DNA of 64,000 nucleotides, from contig NC_043005.1 of assembly GCF_006345805.1 (NCBI RefSeq), positions 24,490,001 through 24,554,000 of the forward strand, given 5' to 3'. Numbering within the stretch: position 1 is the stretch's first letter; each line of letters starts with the position of its first letter. Shown here piece after piece: positions 42,316-55,034 of the stretch. Made by a program: the position numbers and the translations under genes. The stretch comes from Octopus sinensis. Its lineage: Eukaryota. Under the pieces are notes generated by a model. The model was not told where the DNA came from. It saw only the letters and a program-made list of their open reading frames with translations, and made no database searches.

Positions 42316-42628
42316 ACGCCAAGACGAATTTAATGAAGAAAGCAAGCAGAAGCAATCTTTCAGAGGCATGACCAGTAACCGTAATTACCGTACTTTGGCA
42401 TCACCAACCAGTTCCGGTATTAATGAGCGTGCAAGCAGTACTGAATGCTGCAACAGCGCTGCTAACAAAACTGGTTGTGGAAGCGGTAACTGCGTTAGTG
42501 GCGGTGCATGTAAAAAAGACTCTACTCAAACGCAGACTCCTGATCATAAGAAGTCACCCCGCCCATGCCCTGTACTGAAACGCATGCCCAAAGAGCAAAG
42601 TGCTGAAGTGTTACATAAACGTAGGCAG
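42316..42628 (+). CDS. Class A GPCR internal exon: long intracellular loop 3
   Basis: Acceptor ttttttttccAG at 42314-42315, phase 2 matching the previous exon (AG+A = Arg). Donor CAG|GTAATG at 42629, phase 0. Ends ...EVLHKRRQ, which joins VIKML of the next exon. Confidence 0.85.
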
Positions 42629-42905
42629 GTAATGTTATATCTTATCTTATCATGTTTCTTAAATCATTAGTCAAGAAATATGTTTTATTTCAACTGTGAT
42701 TGACAGAGGACATAAGAATGATGAGTTCCTAAATGATGATGGATCTTCAATATTGTAGATATTTGTGACGGATATGAGTATGGTGTTCAAGATCAGGCTT
42801 GAAATTAAAGGACAGGGGTTGTTGGGAAGTTTCGGATGAATAGATTGCTTGTGTACATTTACAATTAGTGAAATACTTATGGATTGTAAAGTTTTGTTGC
42901 TCAAG

Positions 42906-42936
<31 letters not shown>

Positions 42937-43261
42937 CGTGCGTGTAGGCGTGTATGTGTGTGTATATGTGTACGTATGCATGCATATCTGTGAAGCGTAA
43001 AATCAAAAGCAAAACCAACAACCAACAGCATATAAGAATGATGTTGGATTTTTTTAAATGATGCTCTTAAAGTTATCTTATTTAAGGAGAAGCTGATGCG
43101 TGGAGTCATGAAAGTAAGAGGAAATCTAGACAAATGAGAAGTAATCATGGCTGCAGTTTGTAAAATGAAAGTCAATTTGGAGAGGATTGGCACAAAAAGG
43201 CAGTCGTTAAATTCATTGCGGCCAGTTTAGCTTGTATAATTAAATACCAAAGAATGGTTAG

Positions 43262-43425
43262 TGGTTGCCTTTGCACAGCTTCTAACGCTGGAAATGTACT
43301 ACGGTGCCAGCTGTTGATTACCAGTGAACTAAGGTAACACCCCTTATTTTTCGAGGACCTTCCAGAGTATTCGAGCGGTTCCAAGTAGTGCTCTTTTCTG
43401 CAAAACATACGAAACTCAATATCAC
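43262..43425 (-). mobile_element. Second short R4/Dong-like 3' end, related to 44126-44317
   Basis: QKRALLGTARILWKVLENKG; clear DNA similarity to 44127-44255. Confidence 0.75.
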
Positions 43426-43849
43426 TGATTTTGCCTTAGCCTGAAGTGACGAATTCTACAACTCCCTTCTCTCGATATAATTTGGAGATAAATGTAATAA
43501 TCGGATAATTTTAAATTTGCTTTGTTTACTGCGATTACAGGATTATCATTAACAAGCTGGTCTTTTACTCAAAGGAAGAGACTACATCTTTAGAGAGGAG
43601 AATGAAATCTAAGGAAACTGAAATTGCCGCTTATGTAATCAGTGAGTATTTTCCACTCTCTGATTACATAGGTGGCACTTCAACATACTATAGCAGTTTG
43701 TCAAATGTTAGCTCAGAATGAATGCAAGCAAAGTGATATGGTCTGTTTTAATTTACACTGGTTGCTTTGTTAAACAAGATATAGGATACTACAGTTCAGT
43801 GAAACAATTATGTAACAGAATAATTTCTTATCAACTTGGTAAACTATGA

Positions 43850-43942
43850 ATTCTATAGGACTTTGGCATCCAGACAAAAACAGAACAATTGAACGCCAGA
43901 GACCAGATATCATATATTACATAATAAAAGAGAGAATGCCAC

Positions 43943-43943
<1 letters not shown>
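43850..43943 (+). mobile_element. RLE non-LTR fragment ending in (AAT)n
   Basis: KNRTIERQRPDII motif immediately followed by (AAT)n(AAG)n. Confidence 0.55.
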
Positions 43944-44009
<66 letters not shown>

Positions 44010-44012
44010 GAA

Positions 44013-44043
<31 letters not shown>

Positions 44044-44069
44044 AAGAAGAAGAAGAAGAAGAAGAATTA

Positions 44070-44125
<56 letters not shown>

Positions 44126-44128
<3 letters not shown>

Positions 44129-44317
44129 GCCTTTGCACCGCTTCTAACGCTGGAAATGTACTACGGTGTCAGCTGTTCATTACTAAGGTAACACCCCTTA
44201 TTTTTCGAGCACCTTCCTGAGTATTCGAGCGGTTCCCAGCAGTGCTGTTTTCTGCAAGTGCTCCATCCTTATTGCAGCCCCTATTTGTTCCATGTACTTC
44301 TCAAGATTTTTACACAG
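44126..44317 (-). mobile_element. Short 3' end of an R4/Dong-like element inside (TAA)n
   Basis: Minus strand encodes LQKTALLGTARILRKVLENKG, then a short 3' UTR running into (TAA)n. TAT tracts on both sides. Confidence 0.8.
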
Positions 44318-44350
44318 TTATTACTACTACTACTACTATTATTATTATTA

Positions 44351-44395
<45 letters not shown>

Positions 44396-44594
44396 TATTA
44401 TTATTATTATTATTATTATTGTTGTTGTTGTTGTTGTTGCTGCTGCTGCTGTTATTAATATTATCATCATTATCATTATTATTACTATAACAAGGCTCAA
44501 GTGATTTTTCGAGTTCAGGATAGGAGCAGGAGACTAGAATTACTTAGAGATGGTGTGAGCGACTGAAAGACGTTAAATGTAGCTGAGAAAACTG

Positions 44595-44689
44595 AAATCT
44601 TTCAATTTCAAAACGAAAATTCTTTAACTTTTTATTTCACTTACTGGATCATAAAACGAAAAATTACCGAATATATTTAATTGCACACA

Positions 44690-44728
<39 letters not shown>

Positions 44729-45028
44729 ATACACATGTATATTAAAATATTAAATAAAGTGATAGGAATTATCTACGAAGAATACAATTCTAAATTTCAA
44801 ATAGTCAAGAATTTTAAAATTTATTAATTTATATTCATGTATGAATGGACTTCTTAAAGGTGTGTATGTGTGTGTGTGTTTGTGTGCGACGTGTACACAC
44901 ATTTATATAGTTAAATAAGACTCAGGTAAATGACTCAGGTTAAACAAAAATTCTTTAACTTTTATTTCACTTACTGGATCATAAAACGAAAATTTACCGA
45001 ATATATTTAATTGCACACACAAGCACTA

Positions 45029-45060
<32 letters not shown>

Positions 45061-45310
45061 ACACACACACACACAAACACACAGTAATTTGTACATACAT
45101 AAGTATATTAAAATGGTAAATAATGTGAGAGAAATTATCTTCCAAGAATACAATTCTAAATTTCAAATAGTTAAGAATTTAAAATTTATTAATTTATATT
45201 TATGTATGTATGGACGTATTGGCGTGTGTGTGAGCGTGTGCCTGTGTATGTACGTCTGTATATGTGTGTGTGTGTGTGTGCGTGCGTGTTTACACATTTA
45301 TATATTTAGA
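44595..45310. repeat. About 340-bp diverged tandem duplication
   Basis: ttctttaactttt...cacttactggatcataaaacgaaaa at 44619 and 44949. Confidence 0.9.
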
Positions 45311-45999
45311 CAAAATTTGTGTAAAACCCTTGTGGCATGCCATGCAAAAATCGTCCACAATTATTGGCCACTCGATGTCATCATACAGTGCAAATGTTCT
45401 TGAAACTGTATATACACAACAGGAATTACGTAGTATCCGTGGAGTTTATATCAATAGCAGAATAAGCGAAAACGGATTGAAGGGCATTCTTTCATTAGAA
45501 TCACTACAATTGTTTCCACACATTCTTAAACCTAATTATTAAACATAACTAGTCCTGGTATTTCTTGATATCACATCGTATATATATATAATTTTAAATT
45601 AATAATAAATATATAAAATTTTAAATTAATAATAAAAGGGTAAAATTTATCAATTAAATTAATTAATAATTTTACCAATTATATCTGTACGTTAAAATAA
45701 CCTTTATAGGTAACATTATGCAAATATTTTATAATTATAATTAGGGTGTCAGCTAATTACTTCACCATATACCGAATTTAGAAATAGGAGTTAAAATTCT
45801 TTTTCTACTACTGTAAGAATCTCCATGACAGTAACATACTTTTTTACGTAGGCAAAGAGAAAAACAATGAATCAACACGACCAGGATTAACTACATACGC
45901 GTTTCGAGATTAAAGTGTTCAATTTATAAAATTTGAAAGTGCTAGGGTTTAATATGCACACGATCGAGCGACCTCATGTAACAGATATCCAACCAACAC

Positions 46000-46371
46000 T
46001 TCCAAAATTTACACAGCCGAATATGAATACACTATATGACAACTCTAACCCTAAAATCCTAACCCTAACCCTAAAACCTTAAAACCAGTACAAACGCACG
46101 AACGATGTCATAAAAAACAGTGACAAACGAAAAATACACCGCCGATAGTTGTTGTTGACAAATAACGGCAGTAATTTTATTCAGCTAAATACACGTCATT
46201 GATTGGTTGAAATTACCGAAAAACGAGAACTTGAAAGTGAAATATTTTCGAAAATATAAGTTTTTCTCAAAAATGCTGAGAGTAAAACATGTTTTATATA
46301 TCTACCAGTGTCTGAAGTTTGAAAGTGTTTAGTTACAAAAAATTATTTTTTAAATCTGTAGGTAAAGAACC
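46000..46371 (+). mobile_element. Arm of a TIR element related to 55035-56435, with TAACCC-like repeats
   Basis: ctaccagtgtctgaagtttgaaa resembles ctaccagtatacgaagtttcaaa at 56357; (TAACCC)-like run at 46044-46078. Confidence 0.5.
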
Positions 46372-46389
46372 GAAATTGTAAAATGTATG

Positions 46390-46454
<65 letters not shown>

Positions 46455-46929
46455 TGCGTTTGCAAATTGCTGAAAATAGCACACACTACTTTGGGTATTC
46501 ATTCTCATACAGAGTGAAATGAAGGATTTATTTAAAATAATCACCAGAGGAAACACTTTTTGAAGCTTTGATAGATGATTGTGATTACACAGTATTATCT
46601 CCCCATGGTACTACGAGTGTAAAAAATGTGTCGAAACAATAGTAGTAGTTTGAGTTCAATCTATTTTCGCTTATTCATCTATTTATATAAGCTCTACTGA
46701 TACTATATAATTCCTGGTGTACATCCATTAACAAGAGCATTCTTACTGTATGATGGCATCAGGTAGCCAATAAGTGCGGACGAGCTTTGCATGGCATGCT
46801 ACAGGGTTATTACCCAAATTTTATTTAACTACACACGCCTGCGTGCGTGCGTGTGTGTGTGTGTGTGTGTGTTGTCTTTGTGCGTGTATGTGTGTATTGG
46901 TTTGGGGGGTTGAAATGCACGTGAGTCTT

Positions 46930-48400
46930 AAAACGAGTTGTAGGTTTTAAATTTTCTGAGAATTTATCACAATATCATACTGAATTGAACAAATTTTTTG
47001 CTTTCCAACGGTAAATATAAAAGAAAATTTCATAGAAATTGAAAGTAGAGTAGAAAATTCGATAAACCATGCTTAAAATATCCAACGTTCGTACAAATGT
47101 AAATATTCATCAAATCTCATAGTAAAATAAAATCATAAAAGTTCAAATATTCAAAGAATTTCATAACAATAGTGCATGATTGAGAGTTTTAAAGGCGAAG
47201 TTATATTAACAATTAGATAGAATGGAGTTTTTTAAGAAGTAAGAAAAAGCATAGAAAAGCGGATTTTTTGCAATTTCTATCGCAGAACATGAAGAAGAAA
47301 TTTTCGTCTTTGATTTTGCTGGTGAGAACTTAGACCATTTTTTAAGATGAAACCAAGTCTTGATTGATTATAAACTCAGTGACGTCACTTATTTTCGTCT
47401 ACCAATGGCCTAGAGTTTGGGAAGGCTGAGTGTCTGAATATGTCGTTTGTTTTCGGATGTTCTGGTCACATATTTTGATTTGGCAGTAATCCAGCTTTCT
47501 GGATTACTGGAAAATCAAAATATGGCTTACTGATGATGTCACTTGTTTATCAACAGTTTTGATCGCGTTTTTGACCAATACTTGCCCAGTGTTCTGGTTG
47601 GTTGATTTTCTGCAAGCCTTATTTATTTATCAAGTGTGTTGGTCACTTGTTTTGCTTGACAGACGCCAGTGTTCTCGTGGCTGATGTCTCGGTCACCTGA
47701 ATGCTTATTTCTTTTCAACTGCAGGTCTGATTTTGACTAGAAATTTAATCAGTTAATCCTAAGTTGTCATCAGCAAATAGTGCTGAAAAAATGTGCAAGG
47801 TGCAATTGTACAGTTGTTTGGGATTAGGGTTTCGAATCCCGGAACAAGCCCATTCCTTAAACTTTTGATCTATTCTAGTCATTGTTTCCTGTCATTTTTA
47901 CGTGGGTTGCATAAACCGAGTTTTTTTTCATTTTATTGTGCTGTTATAGATTATTCAGTTGTGGTTTATATTTCTTAATAAACATATTTTCCTTATTCAA
48001 TCAGAATTGTTTCCGATACTTAGATGCAGAATGAAAAGTTGGTATTTGAAATGTTTGTTCGTTGGGCATAAATTCACATGTTTACCCACGGGTATATTAC
48101 AAGTCATCAGCTCTCGAATTCCTTATCTGTCTACCGTCATTCTGATCTTCAGAGTTAAACACTTTTGTTCTGGGTAGTCCCCACCACACAACCTGCATTC
48201 GATAGCATAACTTACATTTCTCGATACCCAGGTGCATCCTTGTACACATTTTATGATGGACGTTTGCCCTGACTTGACTTCATATGTCGAACTTTCCATG
48301 AGGTAGATGCAGATTCTGCGACTAGGGCAGTTACATTTTATCGCTGTTGGGGTTGTATTTTGGGTGGGTAATATATTTTAATAAATTTGTCCAAATATTT
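46930..48400 (-). mobile_element. Degraded Penelope-like 5' region
   Basis: Weak LKNGLSSH-like N-terminal remnant near 47330; A-rich minus strand. Confidence 0.35.
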
Positions 48401-48600
48401 AAAATATACAATTCGTTTTAAAACTCAGCTGTAGTTTCAACCCTAACTGTCCGATTTTCTTTCATGCGTGAAAATAAACTTCTTTTCTCCGCACGCACGC
48501 ACGCGCGCACACACATACACACACGCGCGCACACACATACACACACGCGCGCGCAGACACTCACTCGGGGTGGGGGAAGACAGGTAAGCAAACAGACATA

Positions 48601-48601
48601 C

Positions 48602-48668
<67 letters not shown>

Positions 48669-48683
48669 CACACAGACAGTCAA

Positions 48684-48724
<41 letters not shown>

Positions 48725-48727
48725 AAA

Positions 48728-48812
<85 letters not shown>

Positions 48813-48819
48813 CAGTCAA

Positions 48820-48906
<87 letters not shown>
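48601..48906. repeat. (GATA)n microsatellite at the 3' flank of Tx1 copy 1
   Basis: Direct reading; interrupted twice by gacagtcaaata. Confidence 0.98.
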
Positions 48907-48907
<1 letters not shown>

Positions 48908-49209
48908 CTTTCTTTTATTAGCCACACAGGGCTGAATACAGAGGGGACAAATACAAATGCAGAGCTTTTCATTTTCGAGGGTGGAAAAAAATAAAAAATG
49001 TAAGATTGCGATCAAAAGGGATCGAGAGGAGGAAAAAAAGGAAAAAAAAGGAAATCGTGTATCACAGAAATAATGATGTAAACATTGATATAACAAGATT
49101 GGGTTCGTCCGTGGGAAGAAAAGCCTACAGAAAAGACCACGGGAACCCCAGTCAGGGAGGAAATAACCACATGGGATCGAAAATGTTCTCTTTCTTTCTT
49201 TTTTACGAT

Positions 49210-52200
49210 CTACAGGATCATGCTCAAAATGGTTTCGTTACTAGCACGCACCATCTTTGCAACATTCACCCATCTTTTTTTGAATCTTTCGCGAGACAAA
49301 ACTTCCCTCTCCATTCTCACCTTCCTTTTCAAGTGGTACTTGAAAAAGTTGATGAGCGATTGGCCAGAGAGGTAAGTGTTTGTCTCTAATCCTTTCGCTC
49401 GAGTCCACCACACACATTCTTTCACCATGGCCACCAGTACGATGAAAACTGCCTTGCCTTCCGGTTGAGGGAAGGGGGCGGAGCAATTCTAACGATAGAC
49501 TCGGCCGATAGGCGGATTCGTCCCACACGTGACAGCAGCCGTTCGGCATAAGCCCACAGGTCGGAAATGGTTGGACATTGCACGAGTGCGTGCAGAACGG
49601 TTTCGTCGCTCTGACCGCATCTCGGGCAAGTCGGTCCAGTGTGTCTGGAACCGTGTCTGTAGAGCTTATCCCGAACAGGTAATGCTTCTCGATAGCACTG
49701 CCAGGCCAGGGATCTTTGGTGATTGTTCATAGGTCCCGGCCCGAAAGTTGTCCTGAACAGGCGGGTCAGGTGTTCCTCGTCGACGCCCAGACTCTGCCCG
49801 AGTTCGTCGTCGCACCTCCCCTCCACTAATCCTCTATAGAATGCCTTTGTTGTGATGGAGTCGCACAAGTTCGATCCCGGACGGCAGAGTTGCTTGAGAG
49901 CAACGCGACACTCGCGGTGCCATTCGCCCAGCCTCGGTCTCTGCTTGATCCATGACTGTAGTTCGTCCAAGGAGACGAGCTGCGGGAAAGCGCGCCGCAC
50001 AAAAGGCGACCACCCCTGTTCACCGTTGTCTATGAAGCGCCGGAGATGTCGCAGTCTCAGCGCATGTCTGCGCATCATCAACCACGGCATGCCCAGCCCT
50101 CCATTTAGCGGGTGTTGGCAGCAAATGGATCGCCTAACCATCGGAACGTTTCCCTTCCACAAGAAGCGGAAGAGTATGCGTTCCAGTTTGGTGATGGTAG
50201 GGTCGGGACAAGGCACGACGGTCAGACGATACTCGATGACGGATGCGATGTACGCGTTCGCCACCTCCGCCCGACCTTTTAGGGATAGCTTTCTCTCAGT
50301 CCATTTCTGGGTGAGAGTAGCCACCCTAGTCGTTATCTCGCCCCAGTTCTTCTCCATTTGGAGGTCCGGACCGAACCAGACCCCGAGCAATTTAACCGGT
50401 CCGTCCGTCCAGCGTCCCACGATGGAGACGCTGTTGGACGGCATGGGCTTGCTTCTCCAGGTGCCGAGCCGCAAGCCCACTGACTTTTCCCGGTTAATTT
50501 TTGCTCCCGTTACCGCTTCGTATTCTTTCAGTGTCTCGCCGACCAGCTCGATGTGCTCGTAGCTCGACACTATGACGGTGACGTCATCCGCGTATGCAGA
50601 CACGCTCCTCCCGCATCCCAGCTCTCGTGGGATGCCCCTCAGCGTCGCCAGTTTCCGCAGTAGTGGCTCAAGAGTCAGTACATACAGCAGCGATGAGAGG
50701 GGGCATCCTTGACGAACCGAACGCATGATGTTAAAAGGTCTGGATAGATGACCATTTACGCGAACTACTGAGCGGATGCCGCTGTATAAGGCAGCGATCC
50801 AACCGCGGAAAACTGGACCGAAACCAGCCGCTTTGAGGACAGCCTCCAAGTAGTGATGGTCTACCCTATCGAAGGCTTTTGATTGATCCAAATTGATCAG
50901 CGCCCCACCCATGCCAGGATTTTTAACTACCCTGTCTATGATGTAGCGCATCAGGTGGAGGTTGTCATGAATACTTCTACCCGGCACGGCGCATGTTTGC
51001 ACCTTGTCGATTAGTTTCTTGATGACAAGCGCCAATCTCTCGGCTAACACCTTGGCCAAAATTTTCAAATCTGCGTTGAGCAGAGTGATGGGCCTGAAAT
51101 TATCTATGACGTCCCCCTTGTTTGGGTCTTTCTTGATCAGTGCCACTGCTCCTCGCTTTACAAAAGCAGGAATACTCCCGTTCTGCTGCCAGTTGCAGTA
51201 GACAGCTGCCAAGACGCCTCCAAACAAGTCTGGCATATGAAAATAAGATTCGTAGGGCAGACCATCCAAGCCTGGTGACTTGTCTCTCGCGCAGCCTACC
51301 ATCGCATCCTGTACGTCCGCAGCTGTGATAGGCTTTTCACAAGACTCCACCTCCCTTGCTGAGAGTCGTGGCAAGGCATGCAGGTAGGCACTAAAGTCCA
51401 CTCTGCTTTCTGACTCACCACTTGTCCCAAACAGTTGGGTGAAGTGTTTTTGAAAAACCCCACACATCCTTTTAGGCTCGAGCAATTCGCGCCCCTGTTC
51501 ATCTATAAGAGACTTGATGGTGGCTCTGTTGCCTCGTTGCGTCTCCACCACTCGGGCCTCTTGGGCGGCTCCAACTCCTTCGTTCCTCAGAGCACGCATC
51601 CTAGCTCTGACAACGCATCCTTCGTGTTTGGCGTTGAGGTGTTGGTCGAGGGCCAATCTCGCCGCCAGTACGTTGGACGCGATGCCAGTTCTAAGTGCCT
51701 CTTCTAAAACCTTAACTAAATCTCCCTCTATTCTATTTCGGTCTAATGCTAGGGCTCTACTGTATCTGACTGATTCTGCTTTAATCGCTTTTTTTAGGGC
51801 ATACCACCATCTGTTGTTGATGATGGTACCCGTCAAAGCTCTCTTAACTAATGTGCTGATCCGGTCCCTGTAAACCTGTCGTGCTGTAAAAGACGCGTTC
51901 AATTTCCAGTAACCAGGACCCTGCCTATGTGTCTTATCTAAGTCAAGTGTACAAGTCACAAACTTGTGATCTGTGTAACTGACTATATGAAATTGTGGAC
52001 AACCTACACTATTTTTATCTATTGTCCTACAGAAAACTCTATCTAAGTATGATCTGGACGACCCGATGCGGTTACTCCATGTCCACATTGGCACATTCGG
52101 GTGGTCCAGTCGGTACCTGTCAGACAGTTGGAAACGTCTGAGCAGGTCTTTGAGGCATTTGCATCCCCTTCTATTGCTATCTCTGCCCACGTAGTCTAGA

Positions 52201-52646
52201 TGCGTGTCCAGGGTGGCATTCCAATCCCCCACTAAAAGTAAAGGACGAGACGTTCCCATGAAAGACTCTAGACGTCGAAAGAAATCTGGTCGGCCTGTTA
52301 AGGACGGAGCATAAACTGCTATCAGTCGAAAAGCACACTCATTGCTGCCATCGACATCTAAAACGACCAGCCTACCCTCCGGGTCTAGGAAATTTGCTCT
52401 TACTTTGAGATCCAGACTCTTCCGGATAAGCACCGCGGTGCCACCTCCGCCCATTCTCGGTAGACACGGAGAAAAATAAATGTTGAAATGTGTACCGAAA
52501 ATGTGCTGGAGTGCCCGCAAGCTGTGGAGTCTGGTCTCACTGATGGCTATGATATTCAGATTTAGTGACTTGATGTCATTTAACAGGTAGCCTTGTTTCC
52601 AAGGCGACCCCAAGCCACGTACATTTATACTACCTATTCTGAGCAT
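49210..52646 (-). CDS. Tx1-like ORF2: APE endonuclease - reverse transcriptase - C-terminal zinc finger (one frameshift near 49460)
   Basis: APE motifs SINVRGL, ISETR, VYAP, GDWN, SYLDR, TDH. RT motifs [54 protein letters not shown]...[10 protein letters not shown] finger. The C-terminal tail continues in ORF 49210-49434. Confidence 0.95.
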
Positions 52647-52687
52647 GTTCCGATAAAAGTGCAAAAAAGGAAAAGGAAGAGAAAAGG

Positions 52688-54855
52688 TTACTTGTTTTTC
52701 GAAAGTTCTTTGTCTTTCACCTCACGGTCTTCTTCTATGAGGCTTTTATACAGTTTTTTCGATGAGTACTTTTGAAATCTCCCTACTGCATCAGGGTAAG
52801 AGATTTCAGGGTGCTGTATGTGTTCTGTGTCACGTGTATTATTTTAATGTGTTGTGGTGGTGTTGTGTGTGGGTGGTTACTTGTTTTTATGTCGTTTTCA
52901 GTAATGTTAGTGTTTGACCTAATGTGTTCCATTAGGTCGTGGTTGTTTGTGTTTATGGCTGTCAACATTTTGGGGGGTTTGATGATGGTGTGTTTGTGTT
53001 GATGTGTGTGTTTTCTGTGGATGTTTTTGTTTCGGGAGTGGTGTATCTTCCCGCTTTGTTTGTTATTTTTTCTTTTCTTTTTTTTTTTCCCCTTTTTCTT
53101 CTCCCCCCTGTGGCTATTTGCCAATCTTCCGTCTCTTCTTTCTTCGTCTAATGACAGATCAGACGAATCGGAGTCTGGAAGAGGGAAAGTATTGGGGTCT
53201 ATTGTCGACTGTGTTGGTTTTGTTGTTGGTGTTGGTTGGTGAGCGTTTGGTTGTGGTGTATGCGGTTTTGGATGTGGGGTTTGGGTATTTTGTGTTTGAG
53301 TGATTGTGGGTATTGTTGTGTTGTTTAGGGTCTCAATTTTGTGGGGATTTGGAGTTGTAATTGTTTCTTCATTTTTGCTGGGTGTCTTTTTGGCAGATGT
53401 CCTTGGTTTGGGAGTTGGTATATTCTTGGTTGTTGTTGTTGGTGATGCTGCTTCTGTTCTTGATGCTGCAGTTGGTGTGGTTGTTTGTTTGGTGAGGTTT
53501 GTTCCTGCCTGCAAAAGGTGGTGTGGGTAGTAAACCTTGTTTATTTGTTTTTGTTTCCGGCTGCTGTTGTTGTTGCTGTTGTTTTCTTGCGGCAGATTTG
53601 CAGTCTTTTTTAGGTGTTGCTCACTGCCGCATATGTAGAAACGTGGTCTTCTGCCATCGACGACCACATATAACTTGTGGTCGTCTGATACACATATCTG
53701 GGTGGGTATTTTTTTTATATCTTCATGATGTATATGTAGAAGAAATTCTACTTTTTTTCCCACCCAGTTTTTATGCTCTGTGACTGTGGTTTCCAAAATA
53801 GTATAATTCGCCATTTTTACGCATAAGGCCTTTACAAGCCATAGACTATTGGCTATTTTGGGGACATTGTTTAGAGTGATCTTAGTCACTTTCTGTCCCC
53901 GATAGCTTGGTGTAAGTTGGAGTTCATCTGAGTGAAGAGTTAGCGTTGAGAAATGTCTAGCTAACTCTTCGGTGTAGAAAACAACTTGTATGTGGGCAAA
54001 TTTGTTCCACCAGGTTACATATTCTTTGTGATCCCAGATGCGTTTCAAGCACTTCTCTATTTTGCTTGTGTTGGCCTTCTCTGGGATTTTTGTTTTTTTG
54101 TTAACTATTTTATAAATGATTGTTCGTCTTTTTTCATTTTCCAAAATGTCTTCTGGTATGTTTATTTTTACTATACCTTCTGATTCTGTTATTTTGATGT
54201 TCGTGTCCTGTATTTGTTGAGCCGTAAAGTATATTGTTGTTTTTTTTTCTTTAATCGCCTCAGCGAAATTTGTTGTTGTTTTGTTATTGTTGTTGCTTGT
54301 GGTGATGTTGTTGTTGGCTGCAGTTTGTAAAATTGGTGTGTTTGGTTCGATTGTGCAAGTAGGAAGGGGTGGAAAATTGCCTGCGTACTTTAGTCCTGCA
54401 CTAGGGCAAATTTCGACATTTCGTTTGCTTGTCGTTATTTTTTCACTTGTTGGTGATGGAGTGAGCAGTGGTTGAAGGGAATTGTTGTTGTCGTCGTTGT
54501 TGTTGTTGTTGTTGTTGTTATTGTCGTTCTTGGTGACGGCGGTGGTGTTGGTAGTATTAGTAGCATTGACGGCACGGTCTTTGGTGGCGGTGATGGTGAT
54601 GTTGGTGTTGTTATTGGTGGCGATATCTTTAGTAGGGATAGCAGTTTTAGTAGCAGATTCTGCCATGGTGTTGGTGGTGGTGGTGGACTCACTGATGGTG
54701 TTGACGGTGCTTGGCCTTGCGACCTTTGTTTTGTATTTGTTGCTGTTGATGGTGGTGGAGTTGTCAGGTTCGGCGTATGCTAACAGAGCATCCTGTTTTT
54801 CTGTTTCTGCGTCACGCTTGACTTGCACCTCAGCCTCGTGGTGGCCAGTGGCCAT
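52688..54855 (-). CDS. Tx1-like ORF1 (gag-like, degenerate CCHC knuckle, probable internal compensating frameshifts)
   Basis: Long ORF upstream of ORF2 with ATG at 54855 (MATGHHE), Thr/Asn-rich low-complexity ends, and GRRPRFYICGSEQHLKK(DC) knuckle remnant. An alternative frame extends the C-terminus to a TAA at 52688. Confidence 0.8.
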
Positions 54856-55034
54856 TTTGGAAATAAAATGGCTAAATGAAACCACGAAGGCTATGAGAAT
54901 TTTTTCTTTTAAATTTTGCCCACAAGGGGCAAAATTTTGTGTCGATATTTATCAAAGGTTTACAGTGGATGTTGTTGCACAACTTTTAAGCACAAAATGT
55001 TTGTCAATATACACTTTTAAATAGTCAAAATAAA

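Noticed and set aside
41900-42900. Idea that the ICL3 exon lies inside a collinear Penelope RT relic
   Set aside because: The flanking minus-strand similarities (HPKLPNNPCPLISS; LEALTYHL..TQNF) are too weak to support by eye.
49529-51873. Plus-strand ORFs up to 236 aa overlapping the LINE
   Set aside because: Antisense shadows of the GC-rich ORF2 with no independent motifs.
54856-55034. Placing the Tx1 5' end at about 55030 with no GATA flank
   Set aside because: The adjacent sequence is a TIR element with an 8-bp TSD; removing it extends the UTR to the GATA tract at 56482.
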